Shown one piece after another: positions 9,697 to 21,717 of a stretch of 64,000 nt of DNA. Origin of the DNA: an uncultured Gammaproteobacteria bacterium (GTDB lineage Bacteria; Pseudomonadota; Gammaproteobacteria; CAWCPV01); assembly GCA_963797555.1 (NCBI GenBank), contig CAWCPV010000014.1, positions 224,001 through 288,000 on the forward strand, in the 5' to 3' direction. A program made the position numbers and the translations under genes. Position 1 is the first letter of the stretch. Every line of letters starts with the position of its first letter. Under the pieces are notes generated by a model. The model searched no databases, had not been told where the DNA came from, and saw nothing but the letters and a program-made list of their open reading frames with translations.

Positions 9697-10453
9697 CGCC
9701 GCCACCTTGCCCCTGCTGCTCAGGGAGCTGCGCCTGCCGACCATGGCACGGCTGTATCAACCGCTGCAAACCCGGGCCCTCGAGCACCACTGGAGCCTCG
9801 CCGACTATCTCGCCGCGCTCTGCGAGCACGAGCTCGCCGAACGCGAGCGGCGGCGCCTGGAGCGCCACCTCAACGATGCCCGCCTGCCCGCGGGCAAGAC
9901 GCTCCAGCACTTCGACTTCACGGCCAGCGCCGGGCTGAACCGCCAGCAGATCGTGCAGCTCGCCGAGGATGCCACCTGGGTCGAGCGCACCGACAACCTC
10001 CTGCTCTTCGGGCCCTCCGGCGTCGGCAAAACCCATCTCGCCGCAGCCATTGGGCACGGGCTCATCAGCCAAGGGGTGCGGGTGCGTTTCGCCTCGGCAA
10101 CCAGCCTCGTCCAGGAGCTTCAAACCGCCAAACAGGCCCTCAGGCTCAGCGATGCGCTCGCCAAGCTCGACAAGTACCCGCTGCTCGTCCTCGATGACAT
10201 CGGCTACGTCAAGCGCACCGAGATGGAAAGCTCCGTGCTCTTCGAGCTCATCGCCCACCGCTACGAGAGCGGCAGTCTCCTGATCACCAGCAACCACCCC
10301 TTCAGCGAGTGGGATGCGATCTTCCCCGACAACATGATGGCCGTCGCCGCCATCGACCGGCTCGTCCACCATGCCCACATCATCGAGCTCAACGGGCAGA
10401 GCTACCGAAAGCGCCAAGCAACCCGCAACCAGGAGGTATCGAACAAGAGCTGA
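9689..10453 (+). CDS. istB: IS21 helper ATPase IstB
   Basis: GPSGVGKTHLA, LLVLDDIGY, AAIDRLVHH. Confidence 0.92.
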   Translation: MANAATLPLLLRELRLPTMARLYQPLQTRALEHHWSLADYLAALCEHELAERERRRLERHLNDARLPAGKTLQHFDFTASAGLNRQQIVQLAEDATWVERTDNLLLFGPSGVGKTHLAAAIGHGLISQGVRVRFASATSLVQELQTAKQALRLSDALAKLDKYPLLVLDDIGYVKRTEMESSVLFELIAHRYESGSLLITSNHPFSEWDAIFPDNMMAVAAIDRLVHHAHIIELNGQSYRKRQATRNQEVSNKS

Positions 10454-10716
10454 CGACAACTACCGCCTACACTACAGAGCGGCCATTCTAGTTGTCGTCA
10501 ACCGGACAGAGTAATTGACGTTCAGACACCTATCGCCGGCGACATGCGCAAGTCCTATGGTGGGTGGACGAAGGCGAACGCGGCAGCGGTCTGATAGACC
10601 GTGAAGCGGCCGAACGGGTGGGGTGTACCCGAGGAACGGTGGAACAGATTCGGGAACGGTGTGTCCGTGAAGGTTTGCAAGCGGCGCTTGAGCGGGGGAT
10701 CCTCTCGCGCCCGGAG

Positions 10717-10783
10717 GAAGCGCCCCGTGGGGACCCGCATGCGGGGTGCTGTGGGAGCCGGGGGGGCCTCCCGGCGACCCGAG
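10717..10783 (+). ncRNA. Group II (IIC-like) intron domain V/VI remnant
   Basis: GAAGCGCCCCGTGGGGACCCGCATGCGGGGTGCTGTGGG followed by a GC hairpin and GACCCGAG; no adjacent intron RT. Confidence 0.55.
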
Positions 10784-10830
10784 CGGACCGCCCGTCATTC
10801 GACGATGCCCAGGAGCGAACCGGAAACCGT

Positions 10831-11256
10831 TCAGCTTGTTTCCTCGCACCGTGCCTTCAGCCCTGCGGCCTCAAGTGCAAGATATCTGCGTGTGAGGCTA
10901 GCTGCAAGCGTGCCAACAACTGACCCGAGGAGACCGCCAAAATTGACCTTTAGTGCGACCCTAGTTCCTTCGGCGGACGGTTCGATGGTGTGCTGCGCGG
11001 TAGCAACTAGCCCCGGACTGCGGGAAACCCAGGTAAAACCAACGTCTGGCTGCCATTCGGTAACCGTCCAAATAGCTGGCCGCAGCTTGGGCTGCTCAAT
11101 TCTGAGGCGGGATCCGACGCCCAACGGTACGACATCGAAGCGCTGAATTCGACGGACAGACGGGGTCCAATCTGCCCAGCGCTCGACATCAGCGAGAATC
11201 TGCCAAACATGGGCCGGGGTGGCGGCGATGGTGACGCTTGTGCTGAAAACGCGCAT
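10831..11256 (-). CDS. SRPBCC/polyketide cyclase family protein (cassette-like)
   Basis: SVTIAATPAHVWQILADVERWADWTP motif; start 4 nt after an attC-like core site. Confidence 0.8.
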   Translation of the reverse strand: MRVFSTSVTIAATPAHVWQILADVERWADWTPSVRRIQRFDVVPLGVGSRLRIEQPKLRPAIWTVTEWQPDVGFTWVSRSPGLVATAQHTIEPSAEGTRVALKVNFGGLLGSVVGTLAASLTRRYLALEAAGLKARCEETS

Positions 11257-11260
11257 GGCG

Positions 11261-11341
11261 GTCTGACTATCAAGCTAACCGGAGACCGTGGCGGGACCGA
11301 CGGCCCGCCTACGGGCGTCCGTGTTGAGCGCCGAGTTAACG
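11261..11341 (-). repeat. attC-like integron cassette recombination site
   Basis: Minus strand reads (G)TTAAC-TCGGCGCTCAACACGGAC...CCGGTTAGCTTGATA-GTCAGAC, an imperfect palindrome with R''/L''/L'/R'-like boxes. Confidence 0.55.
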
Positions 11342-11407
11342 TGAAATGCGCCGAAGGCGCCTCAAAGTCCCCCTCGCCCGTTGGCGGGAGAGCAACCGTG
11401 TTTGCTG

Positions 11408-12362
<955 letters not shown>

Positions 12363-12530
12363 GGCTCTGGCTCCCAACCTTGCAGATACGGGCTCACTGA
12401 CCCAGGCAACCGTTCGGGTTACTCAGAGATGATGGACCTGACGACCCAAGCTCTCCCACGGTGTTTCCCACCCAGGGCAAGGACGATCTGCCAGGTCCTG
12501 AACCTCTCTCACTTTAAATCTCCACTATCC
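12363..12530 (-). ncRNA. Putative IS110 bridge RNA
   Basis: Contains segments matching the target (CCTTGCCCT, GGGAGAG) and the donor (ACGGTTGC, TGCAAG) in IS621-like order. Confidence 0.75.
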
Positions 12531-12634
12531 ATAAACATACAAGGGTTAGGGTGAGGGAAACCGGCCATGGCGTGACAAACGTTTTCATGTTCTGGGGCGG
12601 CGAAGCTCGCCAGGACCGGTTAGGCTACTCCTTT

Positions 12635-13093
12635 CTAGTACTTGAGGAGCACCGTGAACGTTATGTAGTGCGTCACCAACAGCGCAGGAACCCAGAATGC
12701 AGGTATCCAGTATGCGGGTCCCATAAACGCATGAGCTCCGTAGATTGTAGCTAGTACGATTGCCGCGACCAGATCGAGCGTTCCTTCGATGGCGAAGATC
12801 CACACCAGAAGTCGTGCAACTTTCCAATTCATCGCTACGGCCGGAATTGCAGCCAGGGCAAGCAGCGAAGCAAGCAGGTCACCGAATGCGGCGGGATATG
12901 CAAACATCGGTGGCATGCCCGCATATGTGGCTCCTCGTGCCAGGAACATCAGTCCCAAGTGTCGGAATGAATGCAGTAGAAGAATAGGAAGCAGTACGTC
13001 TCGAGGTTTCAGGTCCTGGAGTTTCGGTAGAGTATAGAGCTTGGCGGAAATCCAAAAGACCAGCGTACTAAAAAGCCATGGCGTTATAAACAT
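12635..13093 (-). CDS. Hypothetical multi-pass membrane protein (5' end uncertain)
   Basis: Four to five hydrophobic helices, HSFRHLGL and GDLLA motifs; lower GC; GCCTAAC follows the stop. Confidence 0.6.
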   Translation of the reverse strand: MFITPWLFSTLVFWISAKLYTLPKLQDLKPRDVLLPILLLHSFRHLGLMFLARGATYAGMPPMFAYPAAFGDLLASLLALAAIPAVAMNWKVARLLVWIFAIEGTLDLVAAIVLATIYGAHAFMGPAYWIPAFWVPALLVTHYITFTVLLKY

Positions 13094-13185
13094 CTCCCCG
13101 TAGCTAGGGCTGCTGCCCCTCTGGACACAGCCCCAGGAAGCTGATTCAATGCCCCCATCGTTCACCAGGTGACGAGGGGGAGCAG

Positions 13186-13700
13186 ATGGAGAAGGGGTTG
13201 CCGAGGTGGTTGGGTGGGCGCGTGCTGAGCGCGGGGGAGCTTGAGAGCATACGGCGGGAGGCTCGGCTGGCGGAGCCCCCAGTGCGAGCCGAGGTGGCGC
13301 GGCCCGCATCGCTCGGACCACACCCTGGCGGACATCGAGGTGAGCGCCGTGCTGGCCCGCGAGGTGGACCCGCCCCAGGGCGAGGAGCCCATCGAGTGGC
13401 TGCGCTCCTCACCAGCCTCCCCGTCGAGACCGCCGAGCAGGCCCTGGAGAAGCTGCAGTGGTACCTCTGCCGCTGGCAAATCGAGGTGTTCTTCAAGATC
13501 CTCAAAAGCGGCTGCCGCATCGAGAAGCTGCAGCTCGAGACCCTCGAACGCCTGGAGCCCGCGCTCGCCTTCTACCTTATCATCGCCTGGCGGGTGCTCT
13601 ACCTCACCCTGCTCGGGCGCGACTGCCCGCAGATGCCCTGCAACGTGGTGTTCGCCGAGGAGGAGTGGCGCGCGGTGTATATCGTCACCAAGCGCCAGCG
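13186..13700 (+). pseudogene. IS4-family (IS50-like) transposase fragment
   Basis: PPQGEEPIEW..LTSLPV, WYLCRWQIEVFFKILKSGCRIE (YREK region). Confidence 0.8.
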
Positions 13701-13769
13701 AGTCTCGCTGGAAATCACGCTGCTGTCCCGCCCCGACCGCGAGGCACGTGGCAGAATAACTCCCTGAGG

Positions 13770-14144
13770 TAAGCCCCCGGCTTTGCCGGGGGACTCACCG
13801 AGGTTTGACCTATACGACGGTCGTCGTGAATCTCCAATCTCCGCCAAGAGAAGGGGATCCACGATGAAAGAGTACCAGAGTCTGAGCCACACGAAGTGGG
13901 ACTGTAAGTGCAGGAAAAAGCGGATCTTCGGGGCGCTGCGCCGCCATCTGGGACGGATCTTCCACGAGTTGGCGGGCCATAAGGAATCGAAGGTGGTTGA
14001 AGGGCTTACATCCGGAACCAAGAGCAAGAGGAGGAGCGCTACGATCAACTGACGCTGCGGACATAGGTCCAGCCGCCTTGGGCGGCTCCCGGTATTATGG
14101 CGCCTTTGAGGCGCTCACCCATAAGCCCCCGGCTTTGCCGGGGG
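13770..14144 (+). mobile_element. Internally deleted IS200/IS605 element
   Basis: Identical 23-bp hairpins TAAGCCCCCGGCTTTGCCGGGGG at 13770 and 14122 flank a tnpA remnant MKEYQSLSHTKWDCK. Confidence 0.8.
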
Positions 14145-14347
14145 TGAGTTAACAGTATGCATCGCACCATCCTCGCTCTGGAGGTTTCAGCACTCGCCGG
14201 GCATCGCGGCTTTGCGCGGGTCTCTCGTCTCCCGGTGGAGTGGCGCTGCGGGCTGGCGCCGGTCTGGAGGGAGCGTGCCGCGTGGGGGGCTTGCGCCACG
14301 GCCGCCATCCTGATCTCTGGTACATGCCGGTCGCCATCCGGCCAGCC

Positions 14348-15357
14348 ATGAAGCCGCTGTTTCACCCCGAACTGGTCAACGGGCCCTTTGGCGACCCGGT
14401 GCTCTATGTGGAGTGTCTGTTCCAGCACCGGGCACTGATGTTCGACCTGGGTGAGGTGCCGACGCTCGCCCCGCGCAAGATTTTGCGGGTGTCCGACGTG
14501 TTCGTGTCTCACACCCACATGGATCACTTCATGGGTTTCGACCGCCTGTTGCGCATCTGCCTGGGGCGGGACAAGACCCTCCGCTTGGTCGGCCCGCCAG
14601 GCTTCATCGACCAGGTGGAGCACAAGCTGGCGGCCTATACCTGGAACTTGGTGGAGAACTACGATGCGGCCTTCGTCGTCGAGGCGACCGAGGTCCACAC
14701 CGATGGCACTTCGGCCACGGCCCGGTTCCGCTGCCGGGCGGCGTTTCGGCGCGAGCCCGTAGGGGAGGGGACGCTTACCGGCGGGGAGTCCTGGACGAGA
14801 AAGCCTTCCGGGTCCGCACGGCCGTGCTGGACCACAAGATTCCGTGCCTCGCCTACACACTGGAGGAGAAGCTGCACGTCAACGTGTGGAAGAATCGCTT
14901 GGAGGAGATGGGGCTTTCGACCGGGCCGTGGCTCCAGGAGCTGAAACGCGCGGTGCTGGCCGGGGAGTCGGACGACACCGTCATCCGCGCTTGGTGGCGC
15001 GAGGCGAGTGGGGCGGTGGACGAGCGGCACCTCCGGTTGGGAGATCTCAGGGACGCGGTGCTGCGCCTCGGACCCGGTCAGAAGGTTACCTACGTGGTGG
15101 ACGCCGTGTTTCACGAAGACAATGCGCAGCAGATTCTGGATCTCGCCCGCGGCTCGGACATTCTCTATATCGAGGCGACGTTCTTGCAGGAAGATGCCCG
15201 TCGCGCCGCCGAGAAGTATCATCTGACGGCTCACCAGGCCGGGACCCTGGCCCGCTTGGCGGGCGTTGAACGGATGGTGCCGTTTCACTTTTCGGCCCGC
15301 TACAGCGACTCTGAGGACCGGTTGCGCGAGGAGGCGCAGCGGGCTTTTGCCGCCTGA
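14348..15357 (+). CDS. Ribonuclease Z-like metallo-beta-lactamase-fold hydrolase (frameshift ~14785)
   Basis: SHTHMDH, LDHKIPCLAY, IEATF, HLTA, FHFSARY. Confidence 0.8.
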
Positions 15358-15445
15358 GCCGAGACGGCAGCCTGCGTAATCACGTCCTTCCCGGCGGCGC
15401 GAGCGGTCTGCGTACCGAACAGCGCCGGTGGGACGACCGTCTGGT

Positions 15446-16669
15446 CTAGTACGCTGTGTCGGGACCAAGCTTGCCGCGCGGGACCACGACGATCCCGCTC
15501 TCCGTGACGTGGTAGCGCGCACGGTCCCGATCGCGGTCGTAACCGATCGTGGCGCCGGACTCGATGCTGTTGAAGCGGTCGACGATCACGCGCTTCAGCC
15601 TCGATCCGCGTCCGATGTGCACATAGTCCATGACGATGCAGTCCTCCAGCTCGACATCCTCGTCCAGGAGCACCTCGCGGCGGATGACCGAGTTGTGGAC
15701 GCTCGCCCCGTTGACCACCGTGCCCGCCCCCAGAACGCTGTTCAGTACTGTGCCGCTGATGATCTTCAGGGTGGGGCCCTGGTAGTTGCTGGAGTATACA
15801 GGCCACTCGGGGTTGAAAGCGTCGAAGCGGGGCTTGAGGCCGAGGACGTCCTGGTGGGCCGCGTAGTAGGCGTCGATGGTCCCGACGTCGCGCCAGTACG
15901 GCGACTCCTCGTAGGGCTTGGTCCCCGCAATGGTGTTGGTGGAAAAGTCGTAAGCGTACACTCGATGACTCCCGGCCAGTCTGGGCAGAAGGTGGGTCCC
16001 GAAGTCGTGCTCGCCGCGTTCGTGGCCCGCCCGCAGGGCCTGTACCAGCAGGTCGGTGCTGAACAGGTAATTTCCCATCGAGGCATAGGCGCACTCCGGC
16101 CGCCCCGGCATGGAGGCCGGGCTCTCGGGCTTTTCCTGGAACTCCCGGATGCGGCCCTCGGCATCGGCGGCGATGATGCCGAAGGCACGCCCCTCCGAGA
16201 CGGGCACCGGCAGGGCCGCGACGGTGACGTCCGCCCGATGTTCCCGGTGGAAGGCAATCATCTGCCGGACGTCCATCCGGTAGATGTGGTCGGCCCCGAA
16301 CACCACGACCAAGTCCGGCGCATTGTCGATGAGGAGGTTGAGGTTCTGATACACGGCGTCAGCAGTGCCCTGGAACCAGCCCGCGCCGACGCGCATCTGG
16401 GGGGGTACGACCGTGACGAAGTGCCCGGGCGTGATTGGAGACCGCGACCAAGCGCGGCGCACATGCTCGATGAGCGACTGGGATTTGTACTGAACCAGCA
16501 AATAGATCCCATAGATCCCGGAGTTGAGCAGATTGCTCAGGACAAAATCGACGATGCGGTAGCGCCCGCCGAACGGCACCGACGGCTTGGACCGTTCCAG
16601 GGTCAGCGGATGCAGGCGTTTGCCTTCGCCGCCCGCCATGACGATGGCGAGAATCTTCGGACCAGCCAT
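15446..16669 (-). CDS. glgC: Glucose-1-phosphate adenylyltransferase
   Basis: [46 protein letters not shown]. Confidence 0.95.
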   Translation of the reverse strand: MAGPKILAIVMAGGEGKRLHPLTLERSKPSVPFGGRYRIVDFVLSNLLNSGIYGIYLLVQYKSQSLIEHVRRAWSRSPITPGHFVTVVPPQMRVGAGWFQGTADAVYQNLNLLIDNAPDLVVVFGADHIYRMDVRQMIAFHREHRADVTVAALPVPVSEGRAFGIIAADAEGRIREFQEKPESPASMPGRPECAYASMGNYLFSTDLLVQALRAGHERGEHDFGTHLLPRLAGSHRVYAYDFSTNTIAGTKPYEESPYWRDVGTIDAYYAAHQDVLGLKPRFDAFNPEWPVYSSNYQGPTLKIISGTVLNSVLGAGTVVNGASVHNSVIRREVLLDEDVELEDCIVMDYVHIGRGSRLKRVIVDRFNSIESGATIGYDRDRDRARYHVTESGIVVVPRGKLGPDTAY

Positions 16670-16793
16670 GGATTGCTCCTTCTCTAGGTAGTTTCTTGCG
16701 GATTCTGGGTCGTCGCCGGCCCGGCGCACCGCGACACTGTAACGCGTTGGCGCGCACGGTTTCCACTGCCGCAGGCCCCGCCGCTCCCTGGGG

Positions 16794-18806
16794 CTAGACC
16801 CCGCCCAGGACACCCTTCAGGTTGGCCAAGTGGGCGCGGCCGCGGTCCATGCGTTCCTCGATCGAAGGCGGCGGGGCTCGACCCTCCCATTCCAGATCTT
16901 CGGGCAACAGCTCCGAGAGGAAGCGGCTTGGCTGGCACTCGACCCGGTCTCCCTGACGGCGACGCTGGGCCGCAACGCTGAAGGTCAGGCTGCGTCGTGC
17001 GCGGGTGACCCCCACGTACGCCAGGCGCCGCTCCTCTTCGATCTGGCCGTTCGCCACGCACTCGCGGTGGGGCAGCAACTCCTCCTCCATGCCCACCATG
17101 AACACGTGGGCGAATTCGAGCCCCTTGGCGGCGTGCAGCGTCATCAGGTGGACCCGGTCGGCGCTGTGCTCCTTCCCAGCGTGCTCCAGGATGTCCACCA
17201 GGGTCAGATGGGCCACCATCTCCGCCAGGGTGCGGCCGCGCAGGTCTTCCCCGGCCAGGCGCTGGAGCCAGGCGATCAGGTCATGGACGTTCTGCAGACG
17301 CCGCTCGGCCGTCTTCAGGTCGCTGCAGGTCTCGCTGAGCCAGGCTGGATAATCGATCTCCGCGACGAGCTGGCGCACCGCGGCGATGGGGTCGCCGCGC
17401 TGGGCACGGTCGCTCAGGTCCACCAGCCAGTGGGCAAAGTGGCGCAGCCTCTCCAGCGGGCGGCCCGTGAGGTGCTGCTCCAGACCCAGCTCGAAGCTCG
17501 CGGCGAATAGGCTCTTCTGGCGCCGCGCGGCGTAGGCGCCGAGCTTCTCGAGAGTGGCGGGACCCACCTCGCGGCGAGGGACAGTCACGGCTCGAAGGAA
17601 GGCGGCGTCGTCGTCTTGGTTCGCGAGCACGCGGAGGTAGGCCATGATGTCCTTCACCTCGGTGCGCTCGAAGAACGACGTTCCTCCGGTCAGCACGTAG
17701 GGGACGCGCTCCTCGCGCAGCACCCTCTCGAACACCCTGGCCTGATGATGGCTGCGGTAAAGAATGGCGTAGTCGCCGTGGTTGACGCGGTGGACAAGGC
17801 GGTGGCGCGCCAGCTCCGTGACCACACGCTCCGCCTCGTGCTGCTCGTCTCGGCAGGTCAACACGCGCAGCGGGTCTCCGGGCCCGAGGTCGCTCCACAG
17901 CCGTTTCTCGAACAGGTGGGAGTTGTTGGCGATGAGCCGGTTGGCGGCGCCGAGGATGCGCCCGGTGGAGCGGTAGTTCTGCTCCAGCTTGATGACCTTG
18001 AGGCGCGGGAAGTCGTCCTGCAATAGCTGCAGGTTCTCCGGGCGCGCGCCGCGCCACGCGTAGACCGACTGGTCGTCATCGCCGACCACGGAAAACGTCC
18101 CGCGACGCCCGGCCAACAGCTTCATGAGCTGGTACTGCGCCGCATTGGTGTCCTGGTACTCATCCACCAGCAGATAGCGGATGCGCTCCTCCCAGGTGAC
18201 CCGTACGTCGGGGCAATCACTGAGCAGTTGGACCGGCCGCAGGATCAGGTCATCGAAGTCCAACGCGTTGTAGGCCCGAAGCTGCCGATCGTAGAGCGCA
18301 TAAAGGCGCGCGGACCCCTCCTCGGCCTCCGTTTCCGCGCCGGCGGCGGCCTGCTCCGGCGTTAGCAGCGCGTTCTTCCACAAGGAGATGCGTGTCGCGA
18401 CTTGGTCGTGGGCGAGGTCTGGCGATTGCGCTCCGCGGCTCGTCAGGTCGCGCAGCAGGCCGGCCGAGTCTTGGGCGTCGAGGAGGGAGAAGCCGGGTTT
18501 GTAGCCGAGCCTCGCCTGCGCCTTGCGCAGGATGTCGAGTCCCAGGGCGTGAAACGTGCAGACCCTGAGCCCCCGAAGTTCCTGGCCCTGGAGTAGAGAG
18601 CCTACCCGCTGTTTCATTTCTCTGGCCGCCTTGTTGGTGAACGTGACCGCGGCGATGTTGCGCGCGGGGATGCGGTGCGCTCGGACCAGATGGGCGATCT
18701 TGCGGGTGATGACCCGGGTCTTGCCGCTGCCGGCACCGGCTAGCACCAGCAGGGGGCCATCCGTGTATTGCACGGCGACGAGCTGACGAGCGTTGAGATC
18801 CGACAC
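16794..18806 (-). CDS. rep: ATP-dependent DNA helicase Rep
   Basis: [42 protein letters not shown]; Rep-like C-terminus. Confidence 0.9.
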   Translation of the reverse strand: MSDLNARQLVAVQYTDGPLLVLAGAGSGKTRVITRKIAHLVRAHRIPARNIAAVTFTNKAAREMKQRVGSLLQGQELRGLRVCTFHALGLDILRKAQARLGYKPGFSLLDAQDSAGLLRDLTSRGAQSPDLAHDQVATRISLWKNALLTPEQAAAGAETEAEEGSARLYALYDRQLRAYNALDFDDLILRPVQLLSDCPDVRVTWEERIRYLLVDEYQDTNAAQYQLMKLLAGRRGTFSVVGDDDQSVYAWRGARPENLQLLQDDFPRLKVIKLEQNYRSTGRILGAANRLIANNSHLFEKRLWSDLGPGDPLRVLTCRDEQHEAERVVTELARHRLVHRVNHGDYAILYRSHHQARVFERVLREERVPYVLTGGTSFFERTEVKDIMAYLRVLANQDDDAAFLRAVTVPRREVGPATLEKLGAYAARRQKSLFAASFELGLEQHLTGRPLERLRHFAHWLVDLSDRAQRGDPIAAVRQLVAEIDYPAWLSETCSDLKTAERRLQNVHDLIAWLQRLAGEDLRGRTLAEMVAHLTLVDILEHAGKEHSADRVHLMTLHAAKGLEFAHVFMVGMEEELLPHRECVANGQIEEERRLAYVGVTRARRSLTFSVAAQRRRQGDRVECQPSRFLSELLPEDLEWEGRAPPPSIEERMDRGRAHLANLKGVLGGV

Positions 18807-19222
18807 GGCGAGGCGGCGAGAGACAGGACCGCCGCATTGTATACCGCTTGCCAGAGGACCGGGAACCGCGTTTCGCGGGTCAGAATTGGCTCCACCGCCA
18901 GCCCGGGTCCGGCACTGAGTTGACTGTCCCCAGTGGTGCTTCACGCCCAAGACGCCGAGGGAGTCCGAACAGCCCCGGTTGCGATGTGTCGGCGACCACC
19001 ATTGCTAGCTGTCGGCGAACTCGTTGCAGCTCATCCAGAAAGCTTGGGGCGGCTGGAACGAAGGAGGGTTGCAAAGCTCGGCAAGATGTCGATAGGATGT
19101 TGCAGGCCAGCGACACGGGCACTTCGCACGACGGTGGCGAGGTCATTTCTCTTAGCCCAAGTCGCTCGCCCACTCTCAGGTCCACAACCAAAGCGTAAAG
19201 CGTGAGGAGAGGAGGAGTCCCC

Positions 19223-20579
19223 ATGACTACGACACGTCGCGATTTCATGAAGCTGAGTGGCGCCGCAGCGTTGGCTGCCGGCACTGGTGCAGGGTTGTCC
19301 GGTCTCGCCGGCGCGCAGTCGGGCGGCAAGGAGGCGGGCGGGGGAACAGGACCGCTGGCTTGGGTCCAGCACAAGGTCCCCTTGCCGAAAGCCAAGGGTC
19401 AGCGCGTGGTAGTGGTGGGTGGAGGCTGGTCCGGCCTCACCATTGCGAAGTACGTGCGGAAGGAAAACCCGGCCCTCGAACGTCGTGCTGGTGGAGAAGA
19501 ACCCCGTATTCCTGTCATGCCCGCTCACCAACATTTACGCGGTGGGCGCTCTGGACCTGGAGTTTCTGACCCAGAGCTACCTCGACCCGGCACGCAATAA
19601 TGGTTACATCTACCTGCAGGCGACGGTGGTGGGTGCCGATTTTGGCAGCCGCAAGCTGTACACCAGCCAAGGCGAACTCGATTATGACTACCTGTGCCTG
19701 TCGCCGGGTATCGACTACGACTACGCATCCCTCGGCGTCACCGAGCCGGCCGATGAGTTTTATCTGCGGCAGACGTATCCCGCGGGGTTCATGGCGGGCT
19801 CGGAGCACATCACCATCAAGCAGAAGCTCGGCAACTTCGACAAGGGGACCTTCCTTGTCACGGTGCCCACCGGAAATTACCGTTGCCTGCCCGGTCCATA
19901 CGAGCGCGCCTGTCTGATTGCCGACTACCTAAAGAAGGAGAAGATCAAAGGCAAGGTGGTGGTGGCCGACGCGAATCCCGACATCACCATCAAGAAAGAA
20001 GGGTTCCACGCGGCTTTCGACAAGCTGTACAAAGGGTATGTGGAGTACGTGCCGTCCTTCGAAATCAAGAGCGTGGACGTGCACGGCCGGAAGATCAAGT
20101 CCGACTTCAACGAGATGGCCTTCGATGACGCCACGATTTATCCACGGGTGCGCGGCTCCACGCTACTCGAAGCCTTGGGAGTGGTGAGCCCACAGAGCCC
20201 GCAAAAGGAGGCCAATATAGACCCGCTACAGTACAACGTCATCGGACAGGATCGGGTGTTCGCCGCCGGTGACGCCCGCCCGATGCCGTTCTCCAAGAGC
20301 GGCAATACGTCCAACTCGGAAGGCCATCACGTCGCGAAGGTGATCGTAGCCCGGGCAGAGGGCAAGGAGATCCCATGGCAGAGCCCGCACACAGTATGTT
20401 TCTCCGCAGTGGCATACAAGCCTCTCGAGGCCATCGGGGTGGATGCGCTTTATTCCTACAATCCCAAGGACAAATCCTTCGCATTTGCGCACGTCAAGCT
20501 CCAAGAAGAATGGAACAAGCAACTCGGCCAGACCGATCTGGAATGGGCTAAGGGCATGTTCCGCGACATGTTCACATGA
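19223..20579 (+). CDS. Flavocytochrome c sulfide dehydrogenase flavoprotein-like (FccB/SoxF), Tat-exported; frameshift ~19478
   Basis: TRRDFMK Tat motif, VVVGGGWSG, SCPLTN, YRCLPGPYERA, MPFSKSG. Confidence 0.75.
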
Positions 20580-20661
20580 GATCCGCGAGGCATGGTGGGG
20601 GGAGGTTCAGCCTGCCCCCTTCAAGAGTCGCCACCCAACCACAAAGCGCGAGGACTGTGCG

Positions 20662-21372
20662 ATGGAGAGGAGAACCTTCGTAAAGCTGTGTACCGGTGTG
20701 GCTGCTGCGCTGGCGGCGGATCCCGCGAGGCTGCTCGCCCAGGGATCTGGGGTGAAGCCTTACCAGCGCGTGAAGCTTGTGGATGGCTCAGGTAAGGCGC
20801 TTTCCCTCAAGACGCTAGACAAGGGCGTTAGCTACGTCTTCCTGTATCCGTATAAGGGGACGCCCTGCGTGCTGTTGAATCTGGGCAGCCCCCTGCAGGG
20901 TGGGGCGGAGCTCAAAACGGCGCAGGGGCAGACATACACTTGGCCGGGTGGAGCGGGGCCCGATAAGTCCGTGGTCGCCTATTCGAGCATCTGCACCCAC
21001 CAGCTTGCTTACCCGAACAAGACTCAGAGCTTCGTCAATTTTCAGAAGGGCAACAGCGCCATTGCCGGGAAGTCCGGCATGATCACTTGCTGTCTGCACA
21101 ACTCCGTGTTCGATCCGTCCACGGGGGGCAAGGTCGTGATGGGGCCAGCGCCGCAGCCGCTGCCAGCGATCATGCTGGACTACGATGCCAAGGAGGATGC
21201 AGCGTACGCCACGGGCGTCCTGGGAGGTGGCGAGCTGTTCCAGGACTTCTTCACCGCGTTCAAGAAGGATCTGCGCGAGCAATACGGACGCGGCGTGGCG
21301 GACGAAGAGGCTTCTGGCTCCGCAACCGTGGTGCCGCTGGCCGAATACACCGCTCAGCAAGTGCTGTGTTAA
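20662..21372 (+). CDS. Tat-exported Rieske 2Fe-2S protein (SoxL-like)
   Basis: ERRTFVK, ICTHQ, CCLHNSVFDP, GPAPQPL. Confidence 0.8.
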   Translation: MERRTFVKLCTGVAAALAADPARLLAQGSGVKPYQRVKLVDGSGKALSLKTLDKGVSYVFLYPYKGTPCVLLNLGSPLQGGAELKTAQGQTYTWPGGAGPDKSVVAYSSICTHQLAYPNKTQSFVNFQKGNSAIAGKSGMITCCLHNSVFDPSTGGKVVMGPAPQPLPAIMLDYDAKEDAAYATGVLGGGELFQDFFTAFKKDLREQYGRGVADEEASGSATVVPLAEYTAQQVLC

Positions 21373-21717
21373 CGGCAGGCAGCCTCCGGTCGGAAAAACG
21401 ACGCCCTGTGGGAGCGGCTCCAGCCGTGTATGGTCTTGTTCACGGCCCGACAGCGAGGTCTTCCTGACAGGAGGAAGCGGGCAGCCCGATATTCCTCGTG
21501 CACAGACTCGTAGCACCGGCAGTTCTCGCATGGCGTAGCGGGCGCTGGCGGCGCGTTCGCTGCGCCGGCGTTGGCCTTGCTCCAAGTGGCCATCGGTTCA
21601 GGCGCAGTGGCCTCCGATCTTCCGCTGTCTCTGGCTGCGGAGTGCAGGGCCACGGCGGCCATGTTTCTGTGCGTCGTGTTAACCTTGTGCGGCTGATCCA
21701 AACCGGAGTCACCTCAG

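Larger units (their letters stand above)
8067..10528 (+). mobile_element. IS21-family insertion sequence
   Basis: istA-istB, imperfect terminal inverted repeats, 6-bp direct repeat CCTATC at 8061..8066 and 10529..10534. Confidence 0.9.
7980..10700 (+). pseudogene. IS630-family transposase N-terminal fragment split by IS21
   Basis: MKKRYIVQLSAEERDRL (7980) continues after the IS21 as RRRHAQVL..DEG..TVEQIRERCVREGLQAALER. Confidence 0.65.

Noticed and set aside
13770-14144. Paired 23-bp palindromes as a mini-CRISPR or terminators
   Set aside because: They flank a tnpA remnant and match IS200-type end hairpins.
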